From assembly GCA_002633005.1 (NCBI GenBank), contig NMRA01000144.1, positions 479,545-543,544 on the forward strand: a DNA stretch of 64,000 nt. The letters are read 5' to 3'. The translations under genes were made by a program, and so were the position numbers. Below the pieces are notes generated by a model. The model had not been told where the DNA came from. It saw only the letters and a list, made by a program, of their open reading frames with translations, and made no database searches. The DNA comes from Phoronis australis (taxonomy: Eukaryota > Animalia > Phoronida). This document shows, piece by piece, positions 27,537 through 41,098 of the stretch. Within the stretch, counting starts at the first letter, position 1; every line of letters starts with the position of its first letter.

Positions 27537-30500
27537 CTCAATAAGTGAGTGTAATTGTGAATGTCAAGACGTGAAGCCAGTGTCACACAGTGTGTCTGCG
27601 TCTCCTGCCGCTGATTATGAATTGTTTGGTGATGTCAGTGGAGCTTCAGGTGTGGACATAGTCGCTTCTTCTGATCATCTCATGTTGAAGTCATTTGTTT
27701 AATTAGCAGACTCAACTGGTGTAAGGTTACAAAGGGATTCCGGCATGTGTAGTCAAGCAGTTACTGACACCATAGGTTAAATTCTTCTGTCTTTATTATG
27801 CTGGTCTGTGCACATTTTGAAACAATCACTTCACTGTTTAATGAACAAAAGCACCCGCCCTCATCACCTACTGTGAAGTTTTTTCAAAAGCTACCCACTT
27901 ACCTGTTAGAGGTTTTTCTTGGGTCTTTTAGCAGGTTTACATTTTGGTGATAAAAGTCTGCTTTACTACCTTTCTCTTTTTTGTGTGGATCAACCAGGAA
28001 AGTTGTCAATGCCACTTTTTTACTTTCTTCATTTATGTCTTCAATCGTTAAATTTTTGAGCTTCTATAATGAATCATTGATTTCTCATTCTTTTGGTTGT
28101 CATACCAACCTGTTCACATTTGTTCATTTTATAGCAAATCGGTTTCTCTGCTAACTGTGGTTTAAGCCTAGTTTCAACTCTTAAGCCAAATATAAGGCAT
28201 CTGGTTCTCTGATAATAGGAACTTTGTGGGATATTGGTTTGTTCAGAATGTTCACCCATATTAACAAGTTGTTCTCAAACACCATTTAATGTTGCGCTGT
28301 ATTGCCACCAATGCAGGGCTTGGAATGACCAATGACGAAAAAAGACAAAAATTTTCCAGATGATGTATCGCTCCACAAATAAATAGGCTTGTGGAATAGA
28401 ATTTTTTGTGTAGTAAAATTTAAGTGAAATAAACGTTTTTGCATGAATAAAGTCAAACTAATGTTAAAAACAGGAAAAAAGGAAACTGGAAATCAAATAT
28501 AAGAGGTAATCGAAACCAGAAAAAGAGGAAATCCTCTTAAAAGAGGAAAATTCCAAGCCATGCCTGTGTCACAACTGCACACAATGCAGCATGTAGTGAA
28601 GTACGTCATACTTCTGAACACTGCCTTTGGTCTCTTTTTGACCCGAAAGATTTGCAGTACAAGACAAAAGCTTTCAGACAAAATGACCTGGATTTACCCG
28701 TTGTGACAGCTGGGCGGATGTGGAATTCAGTGTCACAGTAGTATTCCGTCATGGCTGAGAATGAAGAGTAATGAACAGGAAAGTTGGTAATGTTGCTAAG
28801 TCATTCCTTAATTAGAATTTTGCTGCTCTAATAGTTCTTACCAGTAAGTTTTGCTATTAACAGAATTGGCAGTGAAATCGGAAAGCAGCATTTTTTCCTA
28901 TCACTTTTGTCTTGTACTGTATCAAGTATCTTTCGTTTTCAATTTTAATGGCTTCACATCTTGAAAATGTGTCTTACTCACTCTCGTTTTCAGAGTAGTG
29001 TTTTAATATTGTGAATTTCCACAGTCTCCCCAAATATATGCCCGTGCTTTTAGAATCAAAATCGAAATTTTCTATGGTGTAGGGTTCCTCAAATGAACAG
29101 TGTCAACGTGTGTTAAGCAAGAACAAGTTTTTATGAGAAACAAGGCATTGTTTAGTTCAACATTTTTGCTTATGCAAAATAATTGGTAGAAGTAGATGTG
29201 TACAATAAACTCTTAACTAGACATCATTGGTCCTCACTCCATGTTGATATCTCTCATGCATTTTCCATTTACACGCTGCACTGCCCAAAGTATGCCCAGC
29301 CTTATATTTGATGTGCTAATAAGGTATAAATTTGTCATTTTTTTAATAAATACCCTGGGCTTATCTGAAATTCCTAGGAAACATTTGATTAACATTTGAT
29401 GTGCGTATTGCAGTATGCACGTTTGAAAACACCCCTTTCTAGCAAAAATGACTGATTGGAAATAAGTAATGTCTTTTTCGTAATTAGCCCACCAGTTTAA
29501 AAAATTACTTGACTGTATGTTTGATAAACCACTTGTTTTGTTAGGTGAGATAGTCCTTTGGCTTTAGTGTCTTTTTGACAGATTTCACTGCCCATACTAT
29601 GCTGTCACTGAAATTAATACAGTATACACTTGTATACCAGGAAGACAACATCTTTATAATCCTACTGTATGTTTTCATGTGTTGTCCATAAAGCGCCCTA
29701 TTTTATCTTGAACTGTTTCACTGTCACCATTTTCCTTATCTTGAGCTTGTGATGACGACTGATCTGGAAGATTCTTTTACCTCCAAACTTGACAGTACAT
29801 TAAGCTGCAATGAATAAAAATTATTGAAGTCTTCTTTTTCTCATAATTGGTGCTTGCAAAGACAATTCAGGTGAGATTTTTCTCAGAAACTATGTACCTG
29901 ATGGAAGAATAGTAGATTGTTTCGTGTCTAAATTCCAGGAGACTGGAAATGTAACAAATACCAACAAATGTCACCAAAGACAACCTCTTGGCTAGAACTT
30001 TTCAACTCCAGACTACAGTGCTTTCCAAATTAAAAGAGTACAGCATTTCCAAGTTAAGACCAATGATTGCAGATATCAATCTATTCTGTTGTTAAGGATT
30101 ACTGCAGCATGACTGGCAGGCCAATTATCTACCATGGTTCAGAGTTACTAAAATTAAAGGGAACTACTTTCATTGACAGGCACTAGAGAACTGAAACCAA
30201 TCCATCTGTTTTGGCTGATTTTATTGCATTTCCTCTGGTACAAACCATTCTAATGTAACTTCACAAGGAATTCATTTTCAAAAGCCAAACATTTGCTGGT
30301 TTGTATCCACAATGTATTCATTTATTGTAGCCAATAGTTTATTGCCATTAATTCGTGGCAAATGTAGTAATTGCTCTACTGTACACAAAAGGAACTTTCG
30401 TCACTGTCCTGGTTAACAGTCATCTTGAGGACTGTGGTTCTTGTGCAAATCTATTGAACAAGTACAAAGTGCTGTGAAATGGCACAAGTGTCTAATGTAT

Positions 30501-31105
30501 ACAGTAGGGTCTTCTTGTGGAAGGAGGCCTACTCTGGTGTCACGTTTATTGGAATCTGCTACACTTCCAGTGTCCTGAAATTTGTTGTCAAATGTCCTTC
30601 TCTCAGGTTTATTGTTCTAGCCTAAATATGGATTGTATTGTCTTTGTATTAGAAGCAGCAATTTTGTGGAAGAGTTCGCCTCAACGATTTTTATCAGCTG
30701 CATCTTTTAAGATGTGTACTGCCAGATTTGATCCTTATTCAGTCACTGGCCTCAAATTACCCAGACCTGCCCTCTACAGCTCATGAAACTATAAACAGGT
30801 TTATATGAAGTAAAATATTGTGCTTTATGACCACCCTGTATGTACTGGAAGATGTATGCCAAAGGCACCAAATCATCAAATTGCAGTTTCTATTAATGTT
30901 GGCTGATATTTGCTGCATATTGATTTTATAATTTCTTATTGTGTGTATTATTTACATTATTCAATTAATTTGGTTCATTTGTTATTAAGTGTCACAAGTT
31001 TGAAATGGCAAGAAATAAATTATGTTCAATGTGACATTTGAAAGGAGTTTGTGGTCTATTTTGATGAATAGAACAGTTTATAACTTATGATGGCAGACAT
31101 ATTTC

Positions 31106-34100
31106 TCACAGTTGTGTTGGACAGGTTTTCTGACGTGATTCAAAGCTCATTTTCGTTCCTGTTTGGTTTTGACACCCTTGAGACTTGAGAACGTCCCACA
31201 AAAGTCTAAAGCACTCTTCTGGCAAGTAATGTAATGTTAATAGGCAAGAACAGTAAAATTCCTGTTTTTGATCCTCTGCAACGTCGTCCAGGATCATTCG
31301 GTGGCCATAGAAACCACGCACGCTCGTATGTCCGTAACCATCGTGGTTTCCAAGTGCTCGAATGCACAAACCAATGTACACGTCTTCCAACGGAAGCAGG
31401 GGGATGTTGTTTGAAATTTGCAATATTGCCTTGGTCAGTGCATTGTCCATTACGTATCCCGTTCCGGAACAGAAGAACAAATCCGGTGAATTCGCAGCGT
31501 CTGGAAATATTTCTTTAGATACGTAGTACCGATCATAGCTATTACGACTTGGAATGAAATTGTAGCAGTCACCGAGAATCGTGCGATACGTCTGTGTGCT
31601 GTTTAATGCTGCGAGAAGGTTAGGAATATGAACGAAAACGTCGGCATCTGTTTTCAGCAAATACTGAGTGTTAGGACAATACTGTGACGCCCATCTCAAG
31701 CCCGCCAACGTTTTTAATACTAAATTGTTATATCGGTCAGGGAAGTCCAGTTGTAGAATGTCGTGGTGGTATCTTGATTCAATGGTGGCATGTCTAGCGT
31801 ATTCTTTGCTGCTGTTTGCCGTGATAAATACTGCGCGAACGTCTGGAGACCTATTTCTGTCAGTCAGTCTCAACCAGCTTTTTCGTTGCGAGATTCTGAG
31901 GTCAGTCCTCAGGACGTCACTCAAAATGAGGACAAGGAGTTTTATCCGATCCTCACCTTGTTTTCCACAGATTTCCTTTTCATTGATAATGTAGGTGAAG
32001 TTTATGTCGTTGCATCCGTCACACCACCACGCCTGTGTCTTTTCCTGACGTCTCTTACCTTTGGCTCGAGTAATTGGCTCTTTGAATCCTCTGTCGGTTT
32101 GAGAGACACTTTGGTTAACGTCGCTTTCATGGTGATTGCCGATGTCTGCTTTGTCGTTACGTATTGTTTCGGCCGTTGGATCACCTGAAACATTAAACCC
32201 CATCTTGAACAGTAACACAAGTGAATTCGCTTACTGCCACTGCTCGACCTTAGCAAGTAAATGTGCTGGCCCGCCGAGCCAGTTACTTGAATATGAGACC
32301 ACATCCACATAGGGCCTATATGTGAAAGTTTACTGGCCCGGCCGCAAATCCACTAGCCCCGGGCGGCCAGCGTGTATTTCAACCGCTGCTTACTGCAACA
32401 TAAGCATTACTAGGAGCTTAACAGTGTTTATAATGTCCTATTGTAATGAACGATTAGGCTTTTTGACTTAATAGTTGTGTGTCACCACGATAATCCTTGG
32501 GTCTGTTTTATTCAGACTTTCTTGGGTAGCCTGCATTATTTTGCTTAGATCCGGTCCGATTATCTACCCTTGTAACCATATACGGTATTGGCAGACGAAA
32601 AACTAGTAGGCCTATAACATCGTGTAATATAAAAAGCAATGCCAACTTCTTATTCCCTTTCTCGTAAATTGTTTCTTTGTCGAACTTTTTTGAGCTGACT
32701 CACGAGATCTCGGCGATTTCCACGACATATTTGGCAGTTCTGAGCCGACTCTACGAATGGCCGGAACCACAACATGGCGTGAGTGCCCTGGACATATGGC
32801 GCGACTGCAGTCGAAGCCTAATTGGGGTAATTGTTTTGGGATTATTTTTGAAAACGTGGATATTGGTGAATTGACCTACACGGCCTCAAGTCTTTGCGCC
32901 AATATGAACGACCTATGGGCCGTGTTAGTTTTTTGTCCTTTTTCGCTTTCAATTCCAATGGGCCCGTTGGCCCGAGTAAAGCTATCACAACGCGCCAATG
33001 AAATTTTTCATCGCCAATAACGGCGAAGGGCGCGCTCCTAAAATTATCCCTGATTGTTCACTTTGTTTCTGTATACTCGGGCGAAAGCTTTTGTTTGTAT
33101 GGCGAAATGTCTGAATTTCACCCGAGTACTGGGTGTGTGGAAGCTATTTGTATCGTGCGCTTGCGTACAATCTAGGAAGGTGGGTACTTATTACGCTCGT
33201 TCAAACCAGAGCATATATTCCGCGCTGAGCTACAGCATCGGCATATTTGCCAACTGAATCTCGGCCACCGCATGGGGCAAATTCCCGTCGCAGTATTTAA
33301 AAACATCTCGACGGCGTTTTCTTTTTTCTATCGATAACAAAAAATTATTTCGCATCAGAGTAACGTACAAGTTGAGACCGATTTCATGGCAATAGCAGGA
33401 AGAATTTCATTGGTTTACTATAATTGCTTAATTCGGGCCAACGAGCGCACGAAAACTCACAATTCCACCTAGTTTTTTCTTGACTTGTACGCATTCAGAA
33501 ACATGCAGAGCAGCTGATCAAACCAACAGTTTTAGCGATATGTTTTAGCATATTGCGAAAATGCCGATCCCAAGTGTGGATTTATCAGTTTGGTTATAGT
33601 AATTAAATTGAAGTGCAGATAGCCGTTCAGACCAATCACTAATCGCGTAACGTACTGAAGTAGCAGTCGAAATCAAGCATATTTAAATGCTATTGCCTAA
33701 AAATCGGATCGAAAAATGATAGCCATTCGACTAACGTAACCCAGAGATGTAGATGCTAAAAATTGGCCCATAGATGTGCCCTGTTGGTCAATTGATGCAT
33801 AGCTACTCTTCTCTAAAATGGTCAGTAGCTAAGAGGTCGATGAAAAATTTTTTTTCGACGGCGATTAGGCGACCAATGACGGTTTACACTGAATCACGCT
33901 AACGTTTTTAGTTGATTTCGTTGAATGCACCAAAAGAACAATTACACTATTAGAAATACTCTTAAAAGTAGCGTCAAACTTGTCTTTGCATGACGTTCAA
34001 TCTTTTGGCCTTTTGTCCAAGGTCAGGCGAAGCATCATCTCCAAAAGGCCCTACAAATGAAAGTTTTGTTTTTTTTAGTCCCTGTGGACTCCTGTCCCAT

Positions 34101-34832
34101 AACCATCACGGTAAGAAAAGGAAGCGTCGGTTTCTCTCTCACTTGTTACGACTCTGGGAGGGCAGTCACTAGAAACTTCAGAACGCATGTTTCAACAAGG
34201 GATTTTGAAAATGTCTCTCAAACATCTTATTCTTCCTTGGATCCCAACACCTCTTCTTTTAAACCCGGAATACCCTTTCAAGAAATTCACCCTAATGAAG
34301 TCAAACATTTCCCAAACTGGTCAGTGAGTGGGTCCTAATAAAGTGAATCTTGTGTTGGAGCCTCATTTTCGCTTATGGAAGTTGACGAGACTTACCTTCT
34401 TCGCCGTCGGAGATCTTTACGTTAATTTTATACCCCTACCGGCCTAAGACTAAGAGAGCTTTTGGCAGTAATTTTGCACCCCAACTGATAAGTACACTGG
34501 TAAAGTGAACTTCATAAAAATACACCCTTATGGTCAAAATTGTTCTCTTACGCGCGTAACGAACCCGGCACAAAAATGACTCGTGAAATTTTGTTTATAC
34601 AGTCATAGCTAGTCTACTCAGTCAAAGCCTAAGTCATAGTCTGCGTACACAAGCTATGTCATGATTCCTTACCCCGGGTGTTGACCTCACGCAGAATTGC
34701 TCGTAATCTCGACTGTTCCATTGGGCGTCCGACGTAAAAATCGGAATGGTTTCCCAGGTACCAAAGTTCGAATGAGAAGAAAAGAATCCATAGAAACAAC
34801 AGGAGTATGAAGGTTCTGTGAAAACGACTCAT
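31106..34832 (-). CDS. Beta-1,3-galactosyltransferase (GT31 / Galactosyl_T, B3GALT1/5-like), type II Golgi membrane protein, 2 exons, ~412 aa
   Basis: Exon 1, 34832-34673: MSRFHRTFILLLFLWILFFSFELWYLG...VNTR, a signal anchor, with phase-1 donor gtaag. Exon 2, 32184-31106: acceptor tttcag, phase 1. Motifs ES..HHDILQLDFPD.YNNL.LKT, W..QYCP, LKTDADVFV (DxD), FCSGTGYVM and LEDVYIG. Confidence 0.92.
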
Positions 34833-37689
34833 AATGAAGACAACCGAGGTTTAGAAAGATGGTTGGCATGCACGTGCTTTGCTCGTGAAAATCGCTTATA
34901 TCCTTTCGCGCGACCGACCGTAAGGGAGATCAGGACTAGTTCGGCCCCAGTTTCGAAAAATATAAATTTCTCACAAAATCCTTCAAATTTATTGAGAAAT
35001 TAGGAAATTTCAAGGAGTCTTTCTGGGATATGCAATTGATGATTTCGTCACAATTATAACAGTGCAATTTGCATTCGAAGTGATCAGGCTGTACTGCTCC
35101 ATGGCTGGGTAAGTCCAGGGTAACTAAGGCCCGCAGACATAGACATCGCTGATATCCGTACTTTGACTCGTAGTTTCACTCGCTACTCTTTAAATAACTT
35201 GTAACTACTGGTATTTTCACAACTATGGTGAATCCGAACAAAACGATAGGATTGGCGTGCTTGCGCGTGCGCATGTTGGCCTATATGCACGTGCGTGTGA
35301 CTCCCGGTGAACTTTAGACATTATTAGAATATTTACGAATTTCACTTTTACCCGGTAGTATAACTTAGCCTTTGAAAGTCCAAAAATGACAATGTTCGAC
35401 TATAGGCCCAACGTGTCCCTGCCAAAAATGCTGAAAGATATCCTAAAGGAATATAAATGATTATTGTATCCTATAGAAGCATGTACTAAGATACATGTAT
35501 AAACAATTCTATTGAAATCTACGAACCTTTATGAGGAATAAAAACTGAAATAGAAGCGTGAATTTTGCTACCAAGAGAAGAAATTGAATTTTTGCGTCTT
35601 GATTTTGAGTACTTTCAGAAGTCCATTATTTTAAACTCACGGTGACTGTAACTATTTCGTGCTTTTGGCAAGTAGCACCTATGGCTGTATCTTGTTTTTT
35701 GCGCTAGACATGCCCACTTTCCGAACATGCCCCTAAGTCGAAGTAGCCCCGGTCTGCGCGACTCCAAATTGTTTACTTGATACGCAAGTCGGTGAGCATA
35801 TAACCTTTGAAAACACAGCCTTTGTCAGTACCCGATTAAGGGTTTGCGACGCTCTAAGCTATCAGAAGTCCGGGGGCCCCACTTACTACTCTGAGGTAGC
35901 TTATGTAGACCTATATAGTCCAGTTTTTGTTACTTGAATACCAAACGGAATAAACTAATCAATTTGAAAACCGGAATAATCAACGTATTCCTACCGGAAA
36001 AGCTGTCACTATAATCTAGTGAGCCTTTATACGAATGCGTTGAACGTGATACTGCAGTTTATTTGCTCCTCTTATGATTTTTGCGAAGTTATTTTTTATT
36101 TTAACACGGAAAACTTCAATTCTATCTTCAACTCTTCGTTTGGGAACGTTAACTTCATTCGAACTTTGAAGTCCTTATAATCTTTCTGCTTCACGTACGT
36201 ATGGGGATGCAGCAGTGCAACGCTTGTGACAATTGAAAGTTGAAAAAGCTTGCAAACAAAACAATAGATACAGCTAGTTGTTGGGAATTATGCTAATCAC
36301 TATCCATCAACTTTCCTAGATTGAAAGATTCCTTTTCAGGAATGCCGGTCCTATTTTGTTAATGATCGCTTTAATTCTTCAAATGGACCATACCAATTGT
36401 AGCAATCTGAAGGACATTTGTGTATCTAGTAGCACGTTTCGTCTTCTGCCAACGAACCCCATTGTTCAAAATCGTTCGTGAATTCATGTCTCAGTATTAA
36501 CTGTGTTTGTGTTTGTGAGTGATAAATTTTCTAGTTTTTGATTTGCCTTCAGAATTAGGCTTACATAATGTGAAGCACTCGGACAACTCATTGACAGAAT
36601 ATTCATGTTTTAATGGCTGATCAGAAGAATATCGAGACTTGTGATTTGTTCTCGAGGCAGGCCTACTCTTTTGTTTTCCGGAACTAAGGTGAAATGAAAG
36701 TATTTAGTTTGGGGATTTTTTTCAAGTCCCCTTCAAACTGTCGCATTTGTTTTCTTTTCTGATAAAAGCTGCTGCATGTTGTTTTCATTTCAATCTAAAG
36801 ACAACGGAAAGCACAGTTAAATGTCCGACTTCATTGTTGAGACATTAGCGAACGTTTTGCATGATTATGATTGAGTAATAAATGTAGGTAAAGAAATGCA
36901 TTACAAGTTATTCAACGGTTTTTCTATTATGCTATCATTAGACTACGAATCCTGGTAATCGTGAGATAGCTTACGTGAACGTTTTTTGAAATAAAAATAA
37001 CAAGACTACAAATGTATGACTACACTATGGCAAATATTCCACCCTGGGTGTGACCACGCATATAAACACACACCTTTACGTCACCGTTGACAATTTACAG
37101 CAATACAAAGCTCCCGCAAAAACAAAAGTAAACTAACAGTATAGAAAGTCAAGATATGTTGTTTATCGCTCTCTTGACGCAACTACTCACTTAAAAATTC
37201 CAAACAAAAATGTGTTTTGTGGGCCCCGTTTCTGCAAGGTGGGGTCCCTGTTTTGCGCGACATCTGTAGCTTAATGGATAATCCGGCACTGCCTTTTCTA
37301 CAATAACGTGATGATGGGAACTGCGAAGCATTGATACAGGTGTACATTCATCTGGTGCTTTATATTGTGTGGTTATTAAAAACAATGTGAAGCCAGAATC
37401 GGGATGATCTAAAGAGGCTTGGAATACTTTGTTGACACGTTGGTGGCCGCAGTGGTAAAATAGTGGCTTCCGAGCCCCAAGAAGACCTCTAAATCGAACC
37501 ACGACGAGACCAACATTACTTTATAATAGAGTCCTAACAATAGAATTCAAGTCGGCTACCACAGCAACGGTCAGTATGAGCGGCCGAGTGGAGATTTCAA
37601 AGACTCCGAAATACGAGTTTACCAATTCATAGTCCAATCCGAGCAGGAAACTAGGTCTTCCCGGATGTGTTATAAATAGATTTCAACAA

Positions 37690-38388
37690 ACAACGATGGT
37701 CACTGGACCAATACTCCAACCAACAGCGATGGTTATAAGACCAATACTCCAACCAACAGATGGTTACTGGACCAATACTCCAACCAACAGCGATGGTTAT
37801 AAGACCAATACTCCAACCAACAGATGGTTACTGGACCAATACTCCAACCAACAGATGGTTACTGGACCAATACTCCAACCAACAACGATGGTTACTAGAC
37901 CAGTACTCCAACCAACAAATGGTCACTGGACCAATACTCCAACAAACAAATGGTTACTGGACCAATACTTCAACCACCTGCGATAGTTACTGGACCTATA
38001 TTCCAACCAACAGCGATGGTTACTGGACCAATACTACAACCAACAAATGGTTACTGGACTAATACTCCAACCAACAGCGATGGCTACTGGACCAATACAC
38101 CAACCAACAACGATGGTTACTGGACCAATACTCCAACCAACAAATGGTTCCTGGACCAATACTCCAACCAACAGCAATGGTTACTGGACCAATACTCCAA
38201 CCAACAAATGGTTACTGGATCAATACTCCAACCAACAAATGGTTACTGGACCAATACTCCAACCAACAAATGGTTACTGGACCGATACTCCAACCAACAA
38301 ATGGTTACTGGACAGATACTCCAACCAACAAATGGTTACTGGACCGATACTCCAACCAACAAATGGTTACTGGACCAATACTCCAACC
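37690..38388 (+). repeat. Minisatellite, ~22 units of 31 bp (33-bp variants), consensus CAACAAATGGTTACTGGACCAATACTCCAAC
   Basis: Directly visible head-to-tail repeats with no unique spacers. Confidence 0.95.
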
Positions 38389-38695
38389 TGTCGGTATATG
38401 TTAGGTGCATTCGGATGTGATGCTTTATTTTATTAACAGTGACTATTTTGTAATATAAACACAGTAAAAGTTATAATATCAACACGGTCCTAAATTAACT
38501 GAAAGAAATATAACATAGTAAACATAGTATTACAAGTATAGGCAGGGCATAAAAAGGAGTTAAAACCAAGTGTACAAAGCTCATATGAGGAAAAAGGCTA
38601 CATTTATAATGAATTATGTTAATTATTAGTTGATAACACCAAAATTACTTGCTCATCCAGTTTTATTAGATTTAAGAAGTATAAATCAGATATAT

Positions 38696-39119
38696 GGGGT
38701 CTGTTTCATGAAAAGTGACTACAACTGAAAATTGGTCTAATGCTCCAAACAGCTATTTTTAAAAAATAATTAAATCCCACTTGAGCACTAATGCAAAATC
38801 TCTAAGAATATACACATAGTTACTGAGATAATTTCTACAAATCACTTCTAGACTGTGATGCACTCATAATTACTTGGCTAAACCTATTTTCACCAATTGA
38901 CATATCGCCAGGATTTTGACTGACAGCTTAACTGACCATTTAGAGCTCATCATTCTTGACACACCTTCGTTTCCAAGGCACCATTTTACCCCACAAATTG
39001 TTTGTTAGTCTACATTAAACAAGGGGGCGGAGCTTGCGATAGGTCAATTGTGAAGTGGAAGCGTATGACCAAGTTTCTGCCTAAAGTCTTTTTAAAAGTC
39101 ACATTCATGAAACAGAGCC
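38696..39119. mobile_element. Decayed MITE (TIR GG.TCTGTTTCATGAA..GTGACT); a related copy lies at ~39694-39948
   Basis: GGGTCTGTTTCATGAAAAGTGACT ... AGTCACATTCATGAAACAGAGCC inverted pair. The second copy begins GGCACCCGTTTCATGAATTGTGACT. Confidence 0.6.
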
Positions 39120-41098
39120 AGATATAAGTAATAAGCCAGACAATCAGCACCTAATATCACATTGTACACACAAGGGAATTAATAAAAATGTAACCAAACT
39201 TTTACAAATAAGTCCACTGGAAACAGTAAAATTGATACAAAACAGTTCATTAAATAGCATTGCACTGGGTATAAAACTACATAGTTTAATAGATAACACG
39301 ACCATTTCCAAATCTACTTTTCATTTTTTAAATGAATAGTAAACACACACAATCATATACATGTATTATGTAAAAGGCAGATGAGAACTGGACAATCTTT
39401 TCATGTATGGCAATCATCAGCTAGTAGACACACACAGTAAATAACTTAACATACTAGTAACACTTAAATTGGTTACAAGCCCACATTGTGTCCAAGAAGT
39501 CAACTTTTGATCTAGGCCACTTACCATCATAAATTTAGTCTCAATTTGTTCTTTAGGCTCAGATGAGAAATGATTTCTGGGTTTTCAAAGAAATGTGAGT
39601 TTTTTATTCACAGAGACCATACTCAACGCTATGACAAGCCAACTTGTAAAGCCTGGTCTCAAGGAATGATGTACTGTAAGTTCTTTCAAAGCACTGGCAC
39701 CCGTTTCATGAATTGTGACTGAAAACTTAAGGCAGTAATTTGGTTTTCACAATTGCTGAGTGAAGGTTTGGCCAAGTACTTACGCCAGTCTGAAATTTTC
39801 TCAGTAACTAGCACTATGCGTTTATTCTCCAAGACAATTATTTTTTCTTTCCTGAGATTTAATTAGTACTTTTCAAAAAGATTTTTGTGAAGCTCAACAT
39901 CAAATATCAGACTCCAGTTTTAAGCCCCTTTCAATAAAACAGACCCTGATATCATCTCCAGTTGTACTAAAGAACAATATGAGACCAATGTCACAATGCT
40001 AAGTGATCTAAATCAAAAGTTGTTTTTGAGGTGGAGACAGGTTTCTAGATGTTTCAAGTTGAATGTTTGAGACTTCAGATCATCAAACAGATTATTGACA
40101 GACATCTGCACACAGTGTCTGCCTCATCTTTGATAATATCACAACATAAATGTACATGTATGGAATGTAAACTGATTTTGTATATTTGAGAAACACAAAA
40201 AATATCAACTACTGCAATCTTGATCACAATAATATTCTTTTCAATAAATCACTATCAGATATATAGTGAAAAGAAAGCATTAATAATGACGGATAATGTC
40301 CTTTTATTGATCAGGAGCGTTATTTTAATCCCCATCTAGATCACCTCTTGCTAACTTGTACGCTGATGTACTTCATCGCTTGAGCAGGTCTATCATACAC
40401 GCACGTACTTAGATCCATGCGTCTGTGCCAACGATAATGAGTTTATTTCAAAGACACAGTTTTGCTTATAAGCGTTTCACATATAGGCGCATGTGCCTAA
40501 GCTTTACGTATGGGTGCATAGGACTATTCCTTGTACTCATGTCTTAAACAAGAGCATTTGTACGTCTTCCCAACATATAAGGACTTCTGATTTAAATAAT
40601 TTTAAATTGAATGCACCTCAACCATTTTGTAAAGATTTTACTCAGTTCCCCACATGCTATTTAAAAAAATAAATTGCTTTAATTCAACTGAAGTGTTTGG
40701 CATAAATGCGCAAATGCATAATTCTGGATATGGCCATAACTTTGCACATTTTTGCATGGGCCTAAATATGTGCATATATGGTAAACAACTGATTCTCAAC
40801 TATCATACTGAGTAATTATTCAAAGCATCCGACAGTCAATATTTCACAAAATGGCTCCAGTTAGACTGACTCTTCAGACTAATCAATAAAATAATGTACT
40901 AGCTCAGAACATTGTGGCGTGATCTCATGTTCAAACATAATGACAATTCAACATATCCTCTGAAATAAAAAACAAACAAACAATTTTGAGTGGTTATTTT
41001 TACAAAAATGCAAGTTCTGTAGTTCTACACTGCTATAGTTTGATCAAAATTTCTTTTTGTTACCCTGTCACACTTGAGACTTGAGGGGAGTGTACTGG

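Noticed and set aside
27388-27702. 104-aa ORF as the terminal exon of the RREB1-like gene
   Set aside because: The phase-correct frame from the acceptor at 27357 ends at TAG 27536; the listed ORF is in another frame.
31640-31660. KTDAD instead of KTDDD as a sign of a dead enzyme
   Set aside because: The DxD motif (DAD) is retained and EDVY is intact.
31106-32218. Single-exon 370-aa glycosyltransferase as given in the ORF track
   Set aside because: It lacks a signal anchor. An acceptor at 32184 and a phase-matched upstream TM exon (34832-34673) give a better model.
34391-34515. Additional coding exon of the glycosyltransferase (donor at 34396)
   Set aside because: In the required phase there is a TAG 14 codons upstream and no adjacent convincing acceptor.
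37690-38388. CRISPR array or repeat-protein gene (five overlapping ORFs)
   Set aside because: Units are contiguous with no unique spacers, there are no cas genes and the context is eukaryotic. The ORFs arise trivially from a stop-free 31-bp unit.
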